Of a DNA stretch of 64,000 bases, positions 12,100 to 25,967 are shown piece by piece. How positions within the stretch are numbered: the first letter of the stretch is position 1; each line of letters starts with the position of its first letter. The stretch is from the human T2T-CHM13v2.0 reference genome, Homo sapiens, in the NCBI RefSeq assembly GCF_009914755.1, contig NC_060934.1; one strand, given 5' to 3'. The notes below the pieces were generated by a model that saw only the letters and a list, made by a program, of their open reading frames with translations, had not been told where the DNA came from and did not search any database. Position numbers and translations under genes: made by a program.

Positions 12100-12790
12100 T
12101 TTAAGAAGTGCAGGAATTTATTTATTGGATTGGCAAGCAGTAAAAAAGAATTGTGCTCAATGTTGGTGAGGATATTCTAATGTGATATTGGTAGGAATGC
12201 AAATGTTTATAAATTTTTTGACAATATGGTAAAAATGTGTCATCATTAAAAATGCATACTTCTTTGTTCTACCTGTTTTTTCTCTACTTCTACTTTAAAT
12301 AATTTAAGCCTGGGGAACATAGCGAGACCCTGTCGCTACAAAAAATTTTAAAAAATTAGCAAGGCTTAGTGGCACATGCCTGTAGTTCCAGCTACTCAGG
12401 AGGCTGAGGCAGGAAGATCTTTTGAGCCCAGAAGTTCGAGGCTGCAGTGAGTTATGATTGTGCCCCTGCACTTCAGCCTGGGCAATAGAGTGAGACCTCA
12501 TTTCTAAAAAAAATAATTTAAGAAAACATTAGAAAATTCTAAAATATATAAATATAATTCTAAAATATAATTCATAAATATATATGTACTAGACTACTTA
12601 TCACAGTATTACATATAGTAGCAAAAATTTAGAAACAAATGCATAATAAAGAATTGGGTAAGTGACTTACAATGTATCCAAATAATATTATACCATTGTG
12701 CTCCTTAAAATGAATACTGTTCATTCCTTGATGTAGAATGATGTTCATTATATATTTTAAAGAAAATAAACAGGTTCTCCAGTATGGTTT
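12100..12790 (+). mobile_element. Old L1M 3' fragments split by the AluJ at 12309-12510
   Basis: aatgttggtgaggat...ttggtaggaatgcaaatg; atagtagcaaaaatttagaaacaaatgc. Confidence 0.55.
12309..12510 (+). mobile_element. 5'-truncated AluJ
   Basis: J-type features (gcaacatagcgagaccctgtc-like, gagcccagaagttcgaggctgcag); TSD AAATAATTTAAG at 12297-12308 and 12511-12522. Confidence 0.9.
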
Positions 12791-12979
12791 AAGGATTAGT
12801 AAGCACTTGGGGATATAGAGAAAAGTGATGATTGTAAGAAAGGCTTTCTGGCATGTATGGAGTAGATGAGTAGAGGCTTGGTAAGAAGCAGCCAATGTTT
12901 TTTTCCCCCTGAATGTGAGCCCCTTTAGTTTTGAGAAGTGAAATTTATTACTGTGGAAATGTGTACAAGATGATTTGTA

Positions 12980-13279
12980 GGCCGGGCGTGGTGGCTCACG
13001 CCTGTAATCCCAGCACTTTGGGAGGCCAAGGCAGACGGATCACGAGGTCAGGAGATGGAAACCATCCTGGCTAACACGGTGAAACCCCGTCTCTACTAAA
13101 AAAAAATACAAAAAATTATTCGGTTGTGGTGGCAGGTGCCTAAAATCCCAGCTACTCGGGAGGCTGAGGTAGCAGAATGGTATGAACCCCGGAGGCGGGG
13201 TTTACAGTGAGCTGAGATCGTGCCACTGCACTCCAGCCTGGGTGACAGAGCGAGACTCAATGTCAAAAAAAAAAAAAAA
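12980..13279 (+). mobile_element. Full-length AluY-type
   Basis: GGCCGGGCG start, GCTAACACGG and GAATGG..TGAACCC Y diagnostics, poly(A); TSD AAGATGATTTGTA at 12967-12979 and 13280-13292. Confidence 0.93.
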
Positions 13280-13689
13280 AAGATGATTTGTATAAGCTAG
13301 CTCGCAGTTTGTAAGAGGAGGGTAGATTAAAGGCAAGAGGGCATATGCAACCTCAAAAGAAAAATCTGTCTATCTTATAAATGTTGGTGGTGTCTCTATC
13401 TAGAACTTGTATGGAGCTGGGAAGAAGACGATGGAGAAAGACAATTTGAAGAACCTTGAGCATACCTGTGAGGAGGTGGCAGATTCATCGCTATATTTAG
13501 GGACTCCCTTTTCCTTTGTGGATCATAGGGAGGATTACTAACGCAAATAACCCCAAAATTGAAGGTTACAGTAGGAAGTGGATGGATTCACAGTAAAGAC
13601 TGGATAAATTTTACTTTTTCTGTTGTTTCCACTCAATAGATTTTTATCAAAATCTAAAAATCTTCTTATTAATTTTAACACTAACGATG

Positions 13690-13900
13690 GCTGCAACTAC
13701 TTGGTAGTGCTTGGTTTGGGTCAAGAATTGGTCTTTGTGCTTTATATGCATTTCTTTAATCTTTAAAGCCTCTATTTTACTGATGAGAAAGCTAGGCCAA
13801 GACAGGTTAAATAACTTATTTATAATCATACAAATAGTATTTGGTAAAACTGGGATTAGAATCCAGATTTATCTGATTCTAGGCCTATTTTTGTTTTACT
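13690..13900 (-). mobile_element. MIR
   Basis: attttactgatgagaaagctaggc...aggttaaataactt...ctgggattagaatccagatttatctgattc (MIR core). Confidence 0.7.
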
Positions 13901-14389
13901 ACAATCATATCCTTCTTATTTTCTAGGAAACATGTAACCAGATGAATTCATTTAGGATTAGACATGAGGATGTATGGGGTATTTTAGATTACAAACTACA
14001 TTTAACCTTGGAAATTGGGTAGGAGAGATGATGGGATATTATCCTGTACCAGGTGTCACTTTAGACATGGTGCTTTGGCATTTCATAAAGTAATTGCTGT
14101 GAAAATCCAGCATCCTTCTCAGTAGGAGAGGAATTGAAGTTCCCATAGGCCCTGGATTTGTTTAAGTCTAAGGCTATATATTAGGAAGTGATTGAATGGA
14201 CTGATATGAACTTTCAGTGAAGGTTATGGTCGTTTGTTATAGGGCTTTATGTGGGGCTTTGTGCTTGCCAGAATGTTCATCTATTCTTTGAATAATGATA
14301 TAGAAGACACATAGTTAAGAATAACAAATTCATTCAAAGTTAAAATCAGTGACTAAAAAGATATTGCGGGGTAGAGAAATGGACAACTG

Positions 14390-15212
14390 CATCACAATGA
14401 AAGTTAATCAGAACAAAGATAAGATCCTGAATGTGAATCAAAATTCCTATCTTTCTGATCATAGGAAGAATGATGTGGTTTGGTTTGATCACATGTGAAT
14501 GATATTTGGGAGGATAATTGAAAGTTGAAAATAAGTCAACAGTATGGTGTGGCTGCAGAACCATAGCAAAAGCCAACATAGTCTGAGGTTGTTCTCTATA
14601 TCTGGAGAGGCTTATATTTCAACTGTATTCAGAACTTAGCAGAAAATACCTAAAATGGTATGACAGTTTTCAGTTCTCATACATTAAAATGTGTGTAGAT
14701 AAAGTGGAAACACTCCAGAAGAGAAAATTTGTATTACGAAGGACTTTGAAACCTTACTTTTTGAAGAATCAAAGAAATTGAGAATGTTTTTCCAGGAAAT
14801 AGAAGACTCGTGGGTGATGTGATAACTGTCTTCAAATATCAAAATAGCTATTATATGGATATTTTTACTTTTTCTCAAGGAATACAGGGGCTAGTCTGTG
14901 ACTTACTGGTAAAACAACAGGAACTGCAGAAGGCTCTGTTTACCTCAATGTAACTGGAACTTTTTAATAATCAGATTTTTTTAAAAATGAAAAAGGCACA
15001 TTTTAAAATAGTAGATTATAAATTTGAATGTCACGGTTATTCAGTCACACCTTGCAGGGATGACCACCTGGAGAGGATGTTGTAGACTTTGGTATTTTCA
15101 ACAGTGAAAGGTACCACATGACAATTTTGTGGAGCTCGTTAAAACTGCATGCGATATTGGCTATATGTTTGGACTAGATACCTCTAAATTTTTCTGTAGT
15201 GTTAAGATTTTA
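14390..15212 (+). mobile_element. L3/CR1 LINE 3' relic with a small MER5-like insert
   Basis: ataagtcaacagtatggtgtggctgc...ataactgtcttcaaatat...tggactagatacctctaa...taagatttta, typical of the CR1 3' end. Confidence 0.65.
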
Positions 15213-17867
15213 TACCTAGTATACTCTAAAGGGAACCACTAAAAGATGTTTCCATCCGAAAGAATACTCTCATTGTCCTTGTACTGGTAATACTTTAAAT
15301 TCTCACTTTATATGTGCTTGTGCTTGCCAAAGGTGAGATTTTCTGATTTTTCTCTGTGATAATGATAAAGCAAACTATTATTCAGCATTGCCACGTTCAT
15401 TCAAGCTAGCTTATAGGAGTTGATGTCCAGTTACCCCTTAAGCACTTTTAGGTTGTTAATGCAAGACTGATACATTTTGATGAAAGTGAGATGAAAAAGC
15501 CAAAAAATGTTTAGCTGACCTTCGATTGCAAATCTGGGATAATCTGAGCCAGAAAGGAGGCAATATTATAGGAAGCACCATTGATTTTTAAAAATAATCT
15601 AATTTGCCTCTTCTGCTTATCAAGGAATCAGATACTTTAGAGTAGGAGATAAATCAATTTTCCAGCTAGAATGGGGTCATGGTGTTTGGAGTCTGCTCCT
15701 GAATGACACTGCTTTTATACAATCTATGTCACTGGATTGTGTCCCCAACTTTCTTGAATCTGTTGCTCTAATGTTAGGACCTTTGAAATATTTGAATTAG
15801 AATGTACAAAGGAGAGAGCTACCTGACCATCCAAGGTGAATAGACTGCCTCTCTGTCTGTACACGTTATCTGGGCATCAATTAAAAGGCTGGTGTTAATG
15901 GAAGGGACCTACTCCTAGTAGAGAATTAGAACACAAATCGGAATGTGGGAATATAACAGAGGTGAATATGGAGGATGGCAGCTTACCATGCACAGGGATG
16001 ACAAGAGGATTCAGAGGATTCACTACATTTATGATAATATATTATTCTAAATTGTAATATGAAAATATATGTTATGGACTCTAACCCTTGCTAAATACAA
16101 ACATGCAAAATGCTTTGAAGCTTCTCTGTGACCTCGGGATCAGGGTGAGGCTGAGTTTGAAGGTGGGTGATCTGCAGCATATGCAGGGCAGGGCAAGAGT
16201 AGGCTGGGGCGAGAGAATTGACTTGCATACACCAAAGGATGTGAACTCAAAGTACCAGACTTTCTTGATCTTTTCAACTCAGTGGGAGAACATCTGATGA
16301 AATATGAAGTTAGTGAACAGATTTGGAATATGTAGCTAAATTTATAATGGAGCCAATCAGGGGGAAAAAACCTACCTATTAAACCTTTGCTTTTGTCATA
16401 TTCAGTAGCAGAAAAATTGCTACTTGTCCAATTCTAGATATGAGAGGCAATCAGAATATACAGTGAGTGCCTGAGGGTGACTTTTTGGGGGTTAAATATA
16501 GCTTTGCATCATTAACTTATGTGGGAAAAAAATCCCATTATGACAGCAAATCAGATCTAATCTGGCACTCCCTCTGCTACAATTATATAAAATATGGTGG
16601 AAAGTTGTCAAAGCTTTCAGTGAGAAATGAGGCTACGGATGCTTGGCAGCCCCCTTTTTGAGCAAGTGAAGAATCATGTTGCTTAGCTACAGCCCTTGGC
16701 TGATTTAGAGAGCTTTAACTGACTGTATTATACAAGAATTAAACTCTGTTCCCTGATATCTTCTTTTTCTAAGATGAAAGGCCTTATTTCCCACCTTCTT
16801 ATTTTGTTGGTATCTTCACCAAGACGTTTATGTGTATTCATCCAGGACAGGTTTCGATTCATCATTGTTTTTCCCTCCCCAAGGGCCTATAGATTGAGAG
16901 AGAACAAGTGGGTGTTGATGATACAAGCAGAACATGAAGTATTGAGATCACTTGAAAACGCTTTTGTCCTCAAAGTAGTGTACAAGTGTCTATTTCAAAT
17001 TATTTTTGTCATTTGAAGCCATTGTTTTTTGCCCCCCTCTTCTTTTAGCTTATTCATAGTTTGGGTTACTATTGTCTCTAAAATGCACAAGATTTTTGTA
17101 TTTTAAAATATAAGCTCACACGTAGGTGTATGGAAAGTGGTAGGGAAGAGTGAATGTAATTGATGAAACAAATAAGAGTAAGGCTGGAAATGGAACAAAA
17201 GACCATTGAAAACAGAAGGATTAAGGAGAAAAAACAAACTGCAAATGGAGAATATTTAGAGCAGTTATTGTGCATGAAGTAGAAAAGTGTGTAAAGGGGG
17301 AATCGTTAGATGATCAGAGCCCATTTAGTGGGATAAACATGCTCAGAGGGACTTATAAGTCTGGAGGAGGATTTTGGTCCATGCGCTGTCTCCAGAAAGG
17401 AATATCTTTATTCTAAATATGTGGGTATCCACTTTATTTTTATAGCTCTTCAGGAAAGAGGGCTGTCCCTCAGCAGTGCTTTCTATTATCTTACCATAAT
17501 TATCTGTAATGAAGTGAAGCCATGACCTAATCTTGATTGTGTAATTATTTCCATAGATTTTATTATTGGCTTGTCAGTACAGTCTTTGTTTTATGCATGC
17601 AAAAGCAGTTTCTTTTTTTTTCCCTGCTGGTGGTTACAATTTCATGATCACCTGGAGGAGATTCTATTGAGTTGATTCTATATTTACATTTGGAAATAGG
17701 ATAATGGACAACTGTCTCTGTAGGCTTGGCCCCATTGCAATTCTAGATCTGTTGAATACCAGAATTTATAGGTGTACAAACTGAGCAACCCTGCTTATGG
17801 GCTATGCTTTTATGCTTGTCTGCAAATCATCTTTGTCTGCCACTTTTTAAAATATGTCTGTATAATG

Positions 17868-18374
17868 CAGTCATTTTCAAAGTGTGGTCCTGGGACCCCT
17901 GGGGGTCCTCAAGACCCTTTCAAGGGAGTCTATGAAGTTAAAAGTATTTTCATAGTAATTCAGAGCCATTATTTGCCTTTGGAACTCTCCATTCTCTTAT
18001 GAGTATCCCGAGGTTATACAAGATGTGATATAGAAACAGATTAAATGCAGAAAGAGAGAGAGGAGAATCCAGTTGTCTTGTAGTAAGTCTAACATTAAAG
18101 AGATTTGCAGAAATGTAAAACAATGACCCTCTTCTTGCTAAATATTTTTTATTTTGGAAAATATAGTTTTTTTCATAAATATGTTACTTATGTTAATATA
18201 TTTGTTTTATTGATTTTAAATGAATTAATACATATTTTGGAATTTTATCAGTTTTAATATATTAGATGGTAAATATCAATGGACATAACCCCCATAAATC
18301 AAAGCTCTTTGGGATACTCAGGAATTTTCAAGAGTGTAAAGGGGTCCCAAGACTGAAATGTGTGAGAGGTGCAC
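17868..18374. mobile_element. hAT-Charlie DNA transposon (Charlie4a/MER119-like)
   Basis: CAGT..TTTCAAAGTGTGGTCCTGGGACCCCTGGGGGTCCTCAAGACCCTTTC start and ...aaggggtcccaagactgaaa..tgaga end. Confidence 0.75.
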
Positions 18375-19850
18375 TCATCAGCTACTGCATGATTTCTGAC
18401 CTTAATTCCACTTCCTGGTTTCTGGACTCTCTCTCTCTTCCTTACTTCTGTGATTCGACTGGCAGACTTTTATAACTCAGTTGTTCCCCTCTGCCTTCCC
18501 TCCTGATCATTTCAGCCTTAGACCCCGCTGAATTCTCAGCCCAGTGTCATTAGAATTGGTGATGACACAAGCACAGTAATCACATTAATTAAAAGAGCAA
18601 TCTATCCAAATTAACATTTCACATATTAGTTTGATACGTATTTCTAACTATAGTGAGTGCATTATGGGTAAGAATGTTCATTTATTATTTCACTTATATA
18701 GCTTAAGTGAAAACCACACTTTTAGGATTTTTATTTTGACTTCGTTTTCTTAAACAATCTTGACCAAAATGCCAAAGGATGGAATATTCTGTATTTTACT
18801 CTTCAAATTTTTCATATTGGGATTTTAAATCTAAATTGAAAATCATTTACATGCCAAGGTATTAGAACTATATAGAATTCTGCAGCCCTAAGTGTATATA
18901 AAGACCAATTTGTTTGTCTGAGTAGTGCTGATTGTTAATAATTTTAGTATTTGGTTACCAGTTAGATGGCTTATTCAAGTAATACCTCAAAAGTTTTTTT
19001 CTGAAGATTGGTCTGAAATTGTACACTGATCATTTGGTAAGCTGGCCATCTGCTAATTAATTTTAATTTGTAAGTAGCAGATTGTGAATTCAGTAAGCAT
19101 CATTTTTTTGTATATAGCATCAAGATATTCTTAGGACCAAATGAGTACCATATATATGCAAAATGAAAAGTGAATTTGGGCTTTTTGTTCCTTTGTTGAA
19201 ATAGTTCAGAGATTCCAGAATTCTTTTTTTATCCAAGTTTTTCACAGGGTTCTCTTTAAATAGGTAAAATAATTTATTGCCCCCTGTGTAATGATATTTT
19301 GTTACCCTTGCCACAAGAAGGTATGTGTTGAAGCTGAGCTTGAGTTAGGGAGTGGCAATGAGTAGAAATGAAATCCTACATCTTTTCTCTTTGGTGAGAA
19401 TTGAATAGATCTTAAATTACAAAAGTGCTTGGTAGTCTGGTCTTTTTGGTGGCAATGTGTTAGGTGTTCTCTTTCCTTCTACATTAGCCACTTGTGATAT
19501 AAATTTTACTTCAATATCTCATGAATCTATTTTCTTCTCTTATTCTTACTACATCTTAGTTCTATTCCATGATGCTTTGATATGCTTAGGAAAGTGATTA
19601 CAATAATCTAGTAAAGTAACATATCTATCTTCTCACATGGTTATTTCTCTTCTTCCTTTTTTTTTTTTTTAATGGCAAGAGCACCTGAAATCTATCTGCT
19701 CTTAGCTTGCTTGTACTTTTGCAATACTATCTGTTTTCAGTTTTCTTCCTCTTCAGTTCGTCATTCATCGGGCAGTGTATTTTTCTAGAGATAGTATTGC
19801 ATAGTAGTTAAAAGTGCTTGTTTTTGATTCAAACCACCCATATTTCTTAA

Positions 19851-20226
<376 letters not shown>

Positions 20227-20454
20227 TGCACAGTACATTCTTCATAAATGTTAGCCAACCTCCATAGCACTTTGTATGCTTGCAGTTATTATTTATAATT
20301 GTTTGTTTGTATCGATCTTCTATGCTAGACTGTAAGCTCCATGAGGGCAGAAACCAAATTAGTGTCATTCACCACTGTCTCAAGTGCCATAACCATGTTT
20401 ATAATAAAGGCATTTAAAAAGTATTTGTAGTTTGCTTTCAAAAATCTAAATTTT

Positions 20455-20809
<355 letters not shown>

Positions 20810-22104
20810 CTACCATGCTTTTTCATGTCTCCATGGTTTTCTTTGCACATGCTGTTCCTTTGGAATAACATACTATTTCCCACTTTGGCCACCTGATCGA
20901 GTCATGCTTATCCTTTGAGTCCTAGAGTTGCTCTCGGTGAGCCTTTAGCAGCCTATTCTCCACTTCAGGCAGAAGATTGTTTTCTCCTATGTGCCACTGT
21001 AGTACATTGTACATGTTTCTACTGTAACACCTAGAATGCTGTACTAAAATTATTTGGTTGCTATTAATTACAATAACTACATTTATTGGATGCCTTTCCT
21101 TTCACTTTGTCAAATGTGTATGCATGAGTATTCATACAAATGTATATAAATGTATATGAAGTTGTATTTAATCTTCAAAGACATCCTAGAAAATATGTAT
21201 TATTCTAATTTTACAGCTGAGGAAACTGAGACTCAGAAATTTTAAGAAATTAATATAGATTACCTATCAATTAATAATCCGGAGTGATCGATTGCTAATG
21301 CAAGAGTAGCTTGAGGCAAGGGCTGTGACCTACTTGCACATCTCATTGGTAAGGCTGTTTTGGTGGTTTAAGTTCATGGTTGCTAGTTTCATCACTAATT
21401 TATCTTAAGACCCATAAGAAAGATTTAGATGAATTCTATAGTTTACCAGGTAATCTCATCTTCCTTCAGGAATGGAAAATTCCAGATAGAACCTGGTTAT
21501 TCATGGAACTCTTCCTGGTATCTGAAAACCTTCTTGGATGTTTAGATTCTAAGTCTAACTTTAATTTGTTTTATGTTTTACTTCATTAACTCATTTCATT
21601 GCAAGCAGTCCTAATTAAAAATGAATAGAGGTTGAATTAAAATGAATACTTTTAATTCCTATTAGGGAATGTCTATCATCATACATACTATAATCAACTA
21701 TTATTTTTAGAATCAAATAAAAACTGCATATGCCATAATGACTCAGTTATGTGCTTTAGTTTCTTTTGTTTTTCATTTGTGATAGATGAATTTTATAAAA
21801 AGGGTGTACAGAATTTAGAGTAGGTGGCTCTTCAAATTGACTAGTGATTATTCTCATTCACCATTGTCATGTATTTTTGTCATTTATCTAGATTTGAAAG
21901 AATGAACAGGCACATGATACCTTTTAAAGCTGCATCTCTCTCTCTGACAAACAGTGAGTTTTACTCACTACTACTCAGCTAAATCCATATAAATCCTTCT
22001 CCACAACCAAACCACTAAATTAAAAATTAGATTATGTTCTCAACATCAAATTTTACAGTATATCTACATGTAAATGTAATTGAAAAACTTATCATAATCA
22101 ATTT

Positions 22105-22322
22105 TCACCTTTCCATTTCTTCCTGTCCTCTCTATCCCCTCCTTTTCCACCTCCCTCTTTCCCTCCCTTTCTCACTCCCTCCCCTTTCTTTGCCCGTCCT
22201 TCACTTACTTCACTGTCTCTTCTGTTTTCTTCTTTTCTCTCTTCTCTGCTCTCTTCCTTTTTTAAAAAAATTCTTGTCTTTCTTTTCTTTTCTCTCCTTC
22301 TTCTTCCTTCTTTTTCTTTTTT
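22105..22322. repeat. CT-rich polypyrimidine low-complexity tract
   Basis: Nearly all C/T over about 220 bp; explains ORFs 22034..22324 and 22098..22391. Confidence 0.85.
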
Positions 22323-23519
22323 AGTAATCGCTACTTCGCAGAAGGAAAGGTGAAAGCTAGATGCTCTCATTTCCAAAAAGAAGTGGCACAATTTGGGCCA
22401 AGGCTGTGGGAGTCCACTTCACAGGCAGGCTTTCCCTTCCAGTTTCTTCACTCCATATCCTCCCTCCACACTCACTCCCACCTCCCGAAGTAGATGAAAC
22501 TGTGTTTTCTCAGAAGGTAATCTTTCCAGTTCCGATTATAATGTGTGATTGACAGGCATCATTAGACCGCATAATACCTGGGAGTCCTGAAGTATTGGTT
22601 GCATATCTTTTACAGTATGATTGTAATGTTAATATCTGTTAATAAAATAACAATAAATTCATAATTTAATGTATCTGGAATCACAACATCTTTTATATAC
22701 ATTTGAAAAACAAGACATAAATGGTCAAGGTGTGTTTTTAATTTAAACTAGAATGATTGCTTAGTGTGGTTTATTGAGCATTTTTAACTGCTTATGATAA
22801 CTCTGTGACTCCACAGAGATTTATGAGCTGCAGGTTATACACTACTTTCAGAGAGTTTGGGGATTTACTTTCTAGCTCGCCTAGTTCTGCTTTTAAAATG
22901 GTATGTAGGACTTAAACCATCAAACAAAATCAAGAATGGGTTAGAAAATGGGATTTGTTTCCATGCAAGCCGTATCAAATGCCAATCCAGCGGATCTTCC
23001 ATAAGTCTTGTAATATACCTGCAGAACATGATCACATTTAGGTTTCTTGTTCAGGACCCTATGATTAGAATATGTTCTGTTCAATTGCTGCACATATTTA
23101 GCTTCACACTTTATACAGGTATAGCCATGAATACTGAGGACATGTGATCCTTCCTCAACTTTGTAACTGAAAAAGATCTCAAGGGTGGTATTGTGTGGTC
23201 TAATGATACCTTTAAATCATACATTATAATTCAGAACTGGAAAGATTATCTTCTGAGAAAAGAGCTTCATCTACTTGTTGGGGGAGGTAGGAGTGAGTTG
23301 GGAGGGAGGATGTGGAGAGTACATGGAGTGAAGAAACCAGAAGGGTAAGCCTGTCTCTGAAGTGGACTTATTTTTACTTTGTCTAACTCTTGCTAATGAA
23401 GAGCTAATTTTGACTTGTCTTTAAATTGGATGAGCTGCTGGGGAAGCTTCTTTTATGAAATTCAGGAGGTATGGAGTGAGAGATATGGGTGAGAGGACGC
23501 CCAGCCGCAACCAAACTCA

Positions 23520-23855
<336 letters not shown>

Positions 23856-24458
23856 TTATCACCAAGTTTTCCTGGTTGGTGCACACTACCCTGTATTTTC
23901 TCTATTAGAGAATATATGCCTGCCAGTAAAATTTAAAGCCCCTTTCTTTGTCTCTTTCCTTCAGTGCAGAAAGTTCTGTTGGATAGGCTAGTCTATTGGT
24001 ATCTACTATTTGGTTTGTCTGGTTTTAGCTATTGAAGATATTGTAGTAAACAAAACAAAGCCAATAATATACCAGGCACTGAAAACACTAATAATGAGTA
24101 TTTAATATATCTTATTTTTAGTTATCATCATCTATTGAATACCAACTCTAAGTAGCATACTGTACCAGGAACTGTGGAGATTTTATAAAGTAGTATAGTA
24201 TGCAGTTCATGTCCTCTAAGGTTTACAATCTTTGTGGGAAGATAGAACATCTGTCTTAATATTATAAGATAAAACAGCAAAACAAGTCAATTACTCTACT
24301 ACATATTTCCAAAGGCATTGATTAATCTAGTCATTTCAGTCTTAAAGTCATGATAGGTCATCCTATATTGTAATGGGGACAAAATTATTCTGTTCAAATG
24401 AATTTGGCACCATACGTATCAAATAAGTGCTCTGAAAGTTCAGAAAGAGATCACTTTT

Positions 24459-24730
<272 letters not shown>

Positions 24731-25356
24731 AAAGAGGTCACTTTGACTAAATGGTCAGGACAGGCATCAGGATGCACGCCTTTAAGAATAGGAAGAATTT
24801 TGATTAGAAATGATAAGGAAAGGTGAGCTTCATTGCAGTATCTCCTAAGTACATTGTCTGCTGATAGAACGAATAGATGGTACTAAATGTAGGGAAATGG
24901 AATAAGCAGAACTTTATATCATGTACTTTGTGTTGGATTCTTATGTAATAAGATATATAAATTTTTATTTCAAATATGCATATCAGAATTTAGTATCAAT
25001 AATTGATCAATCAGTAAATATCTATCAATTGGGAGTAGAGCTACCTTTTGGAAGAAATTCCTTAAAATTCTTTACTCTTGAATCAATATGTACCTTCATG
25101 AAGATGCCCAACTGATTTGGACCAACTTTCTTAATAGTTTATTTACCTATCATTGGCTGCTAAGATGTTGACTAAGTGGATACCTTCCTTAAGATGGATT
25201 CCTCTTGTTTTCTATTAAGAGGTTGAGGAAAGTGGTGATTTCTGAACATAATTGGGTTATGACTACTTTTGGTTCTAAGGAAATTTCCTAAAGAGGTTTT
25301 GTTTTTCTATGTATTTTTTAACTCAATTATGACCAAATATTGAATTTTTACTTTGA

Positions 25357-25359
25357 TTT

Positions 25360-25423
<64 letters not shown>

Positions 25424-25667
25424 TCCTTTCTTTCTTTCCTTTCTTTCCTTTCTTTCCTTTTTCTTTCCTTTCTTTCCTTTCTTTCCTTTCTTTCTTTCCT
25501 TTCTTTCTTTCCTTTCTTTTCTTTTCTTTTCTTTTCTTTTCTTTTCTCTTCTCTTCTCTTCTCTTCTCTTTTCTCTTTTCTCTTTTCTTTTCTCTTTTCT
25601 TTTCTCTCTTCTCTTCTCTTCTCTTCTCTTCTCTTCTCTTTTCTTTTCTTTTCTTTTCTTTTCTTTC
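25357..25667. repeat. 311-nt pure polypyrimidine compound STR, (CTTT)n/(CCTTT)/(CTTTT)n/(CTCTT)n, an expanded Alu tail
   Basis: No purine on the + strand from 25357 to 25667; lies inside the TSD pair of the adjacent Alu. Confidence 0.95.
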
Positions 25668-25967
<300 letters not shown>

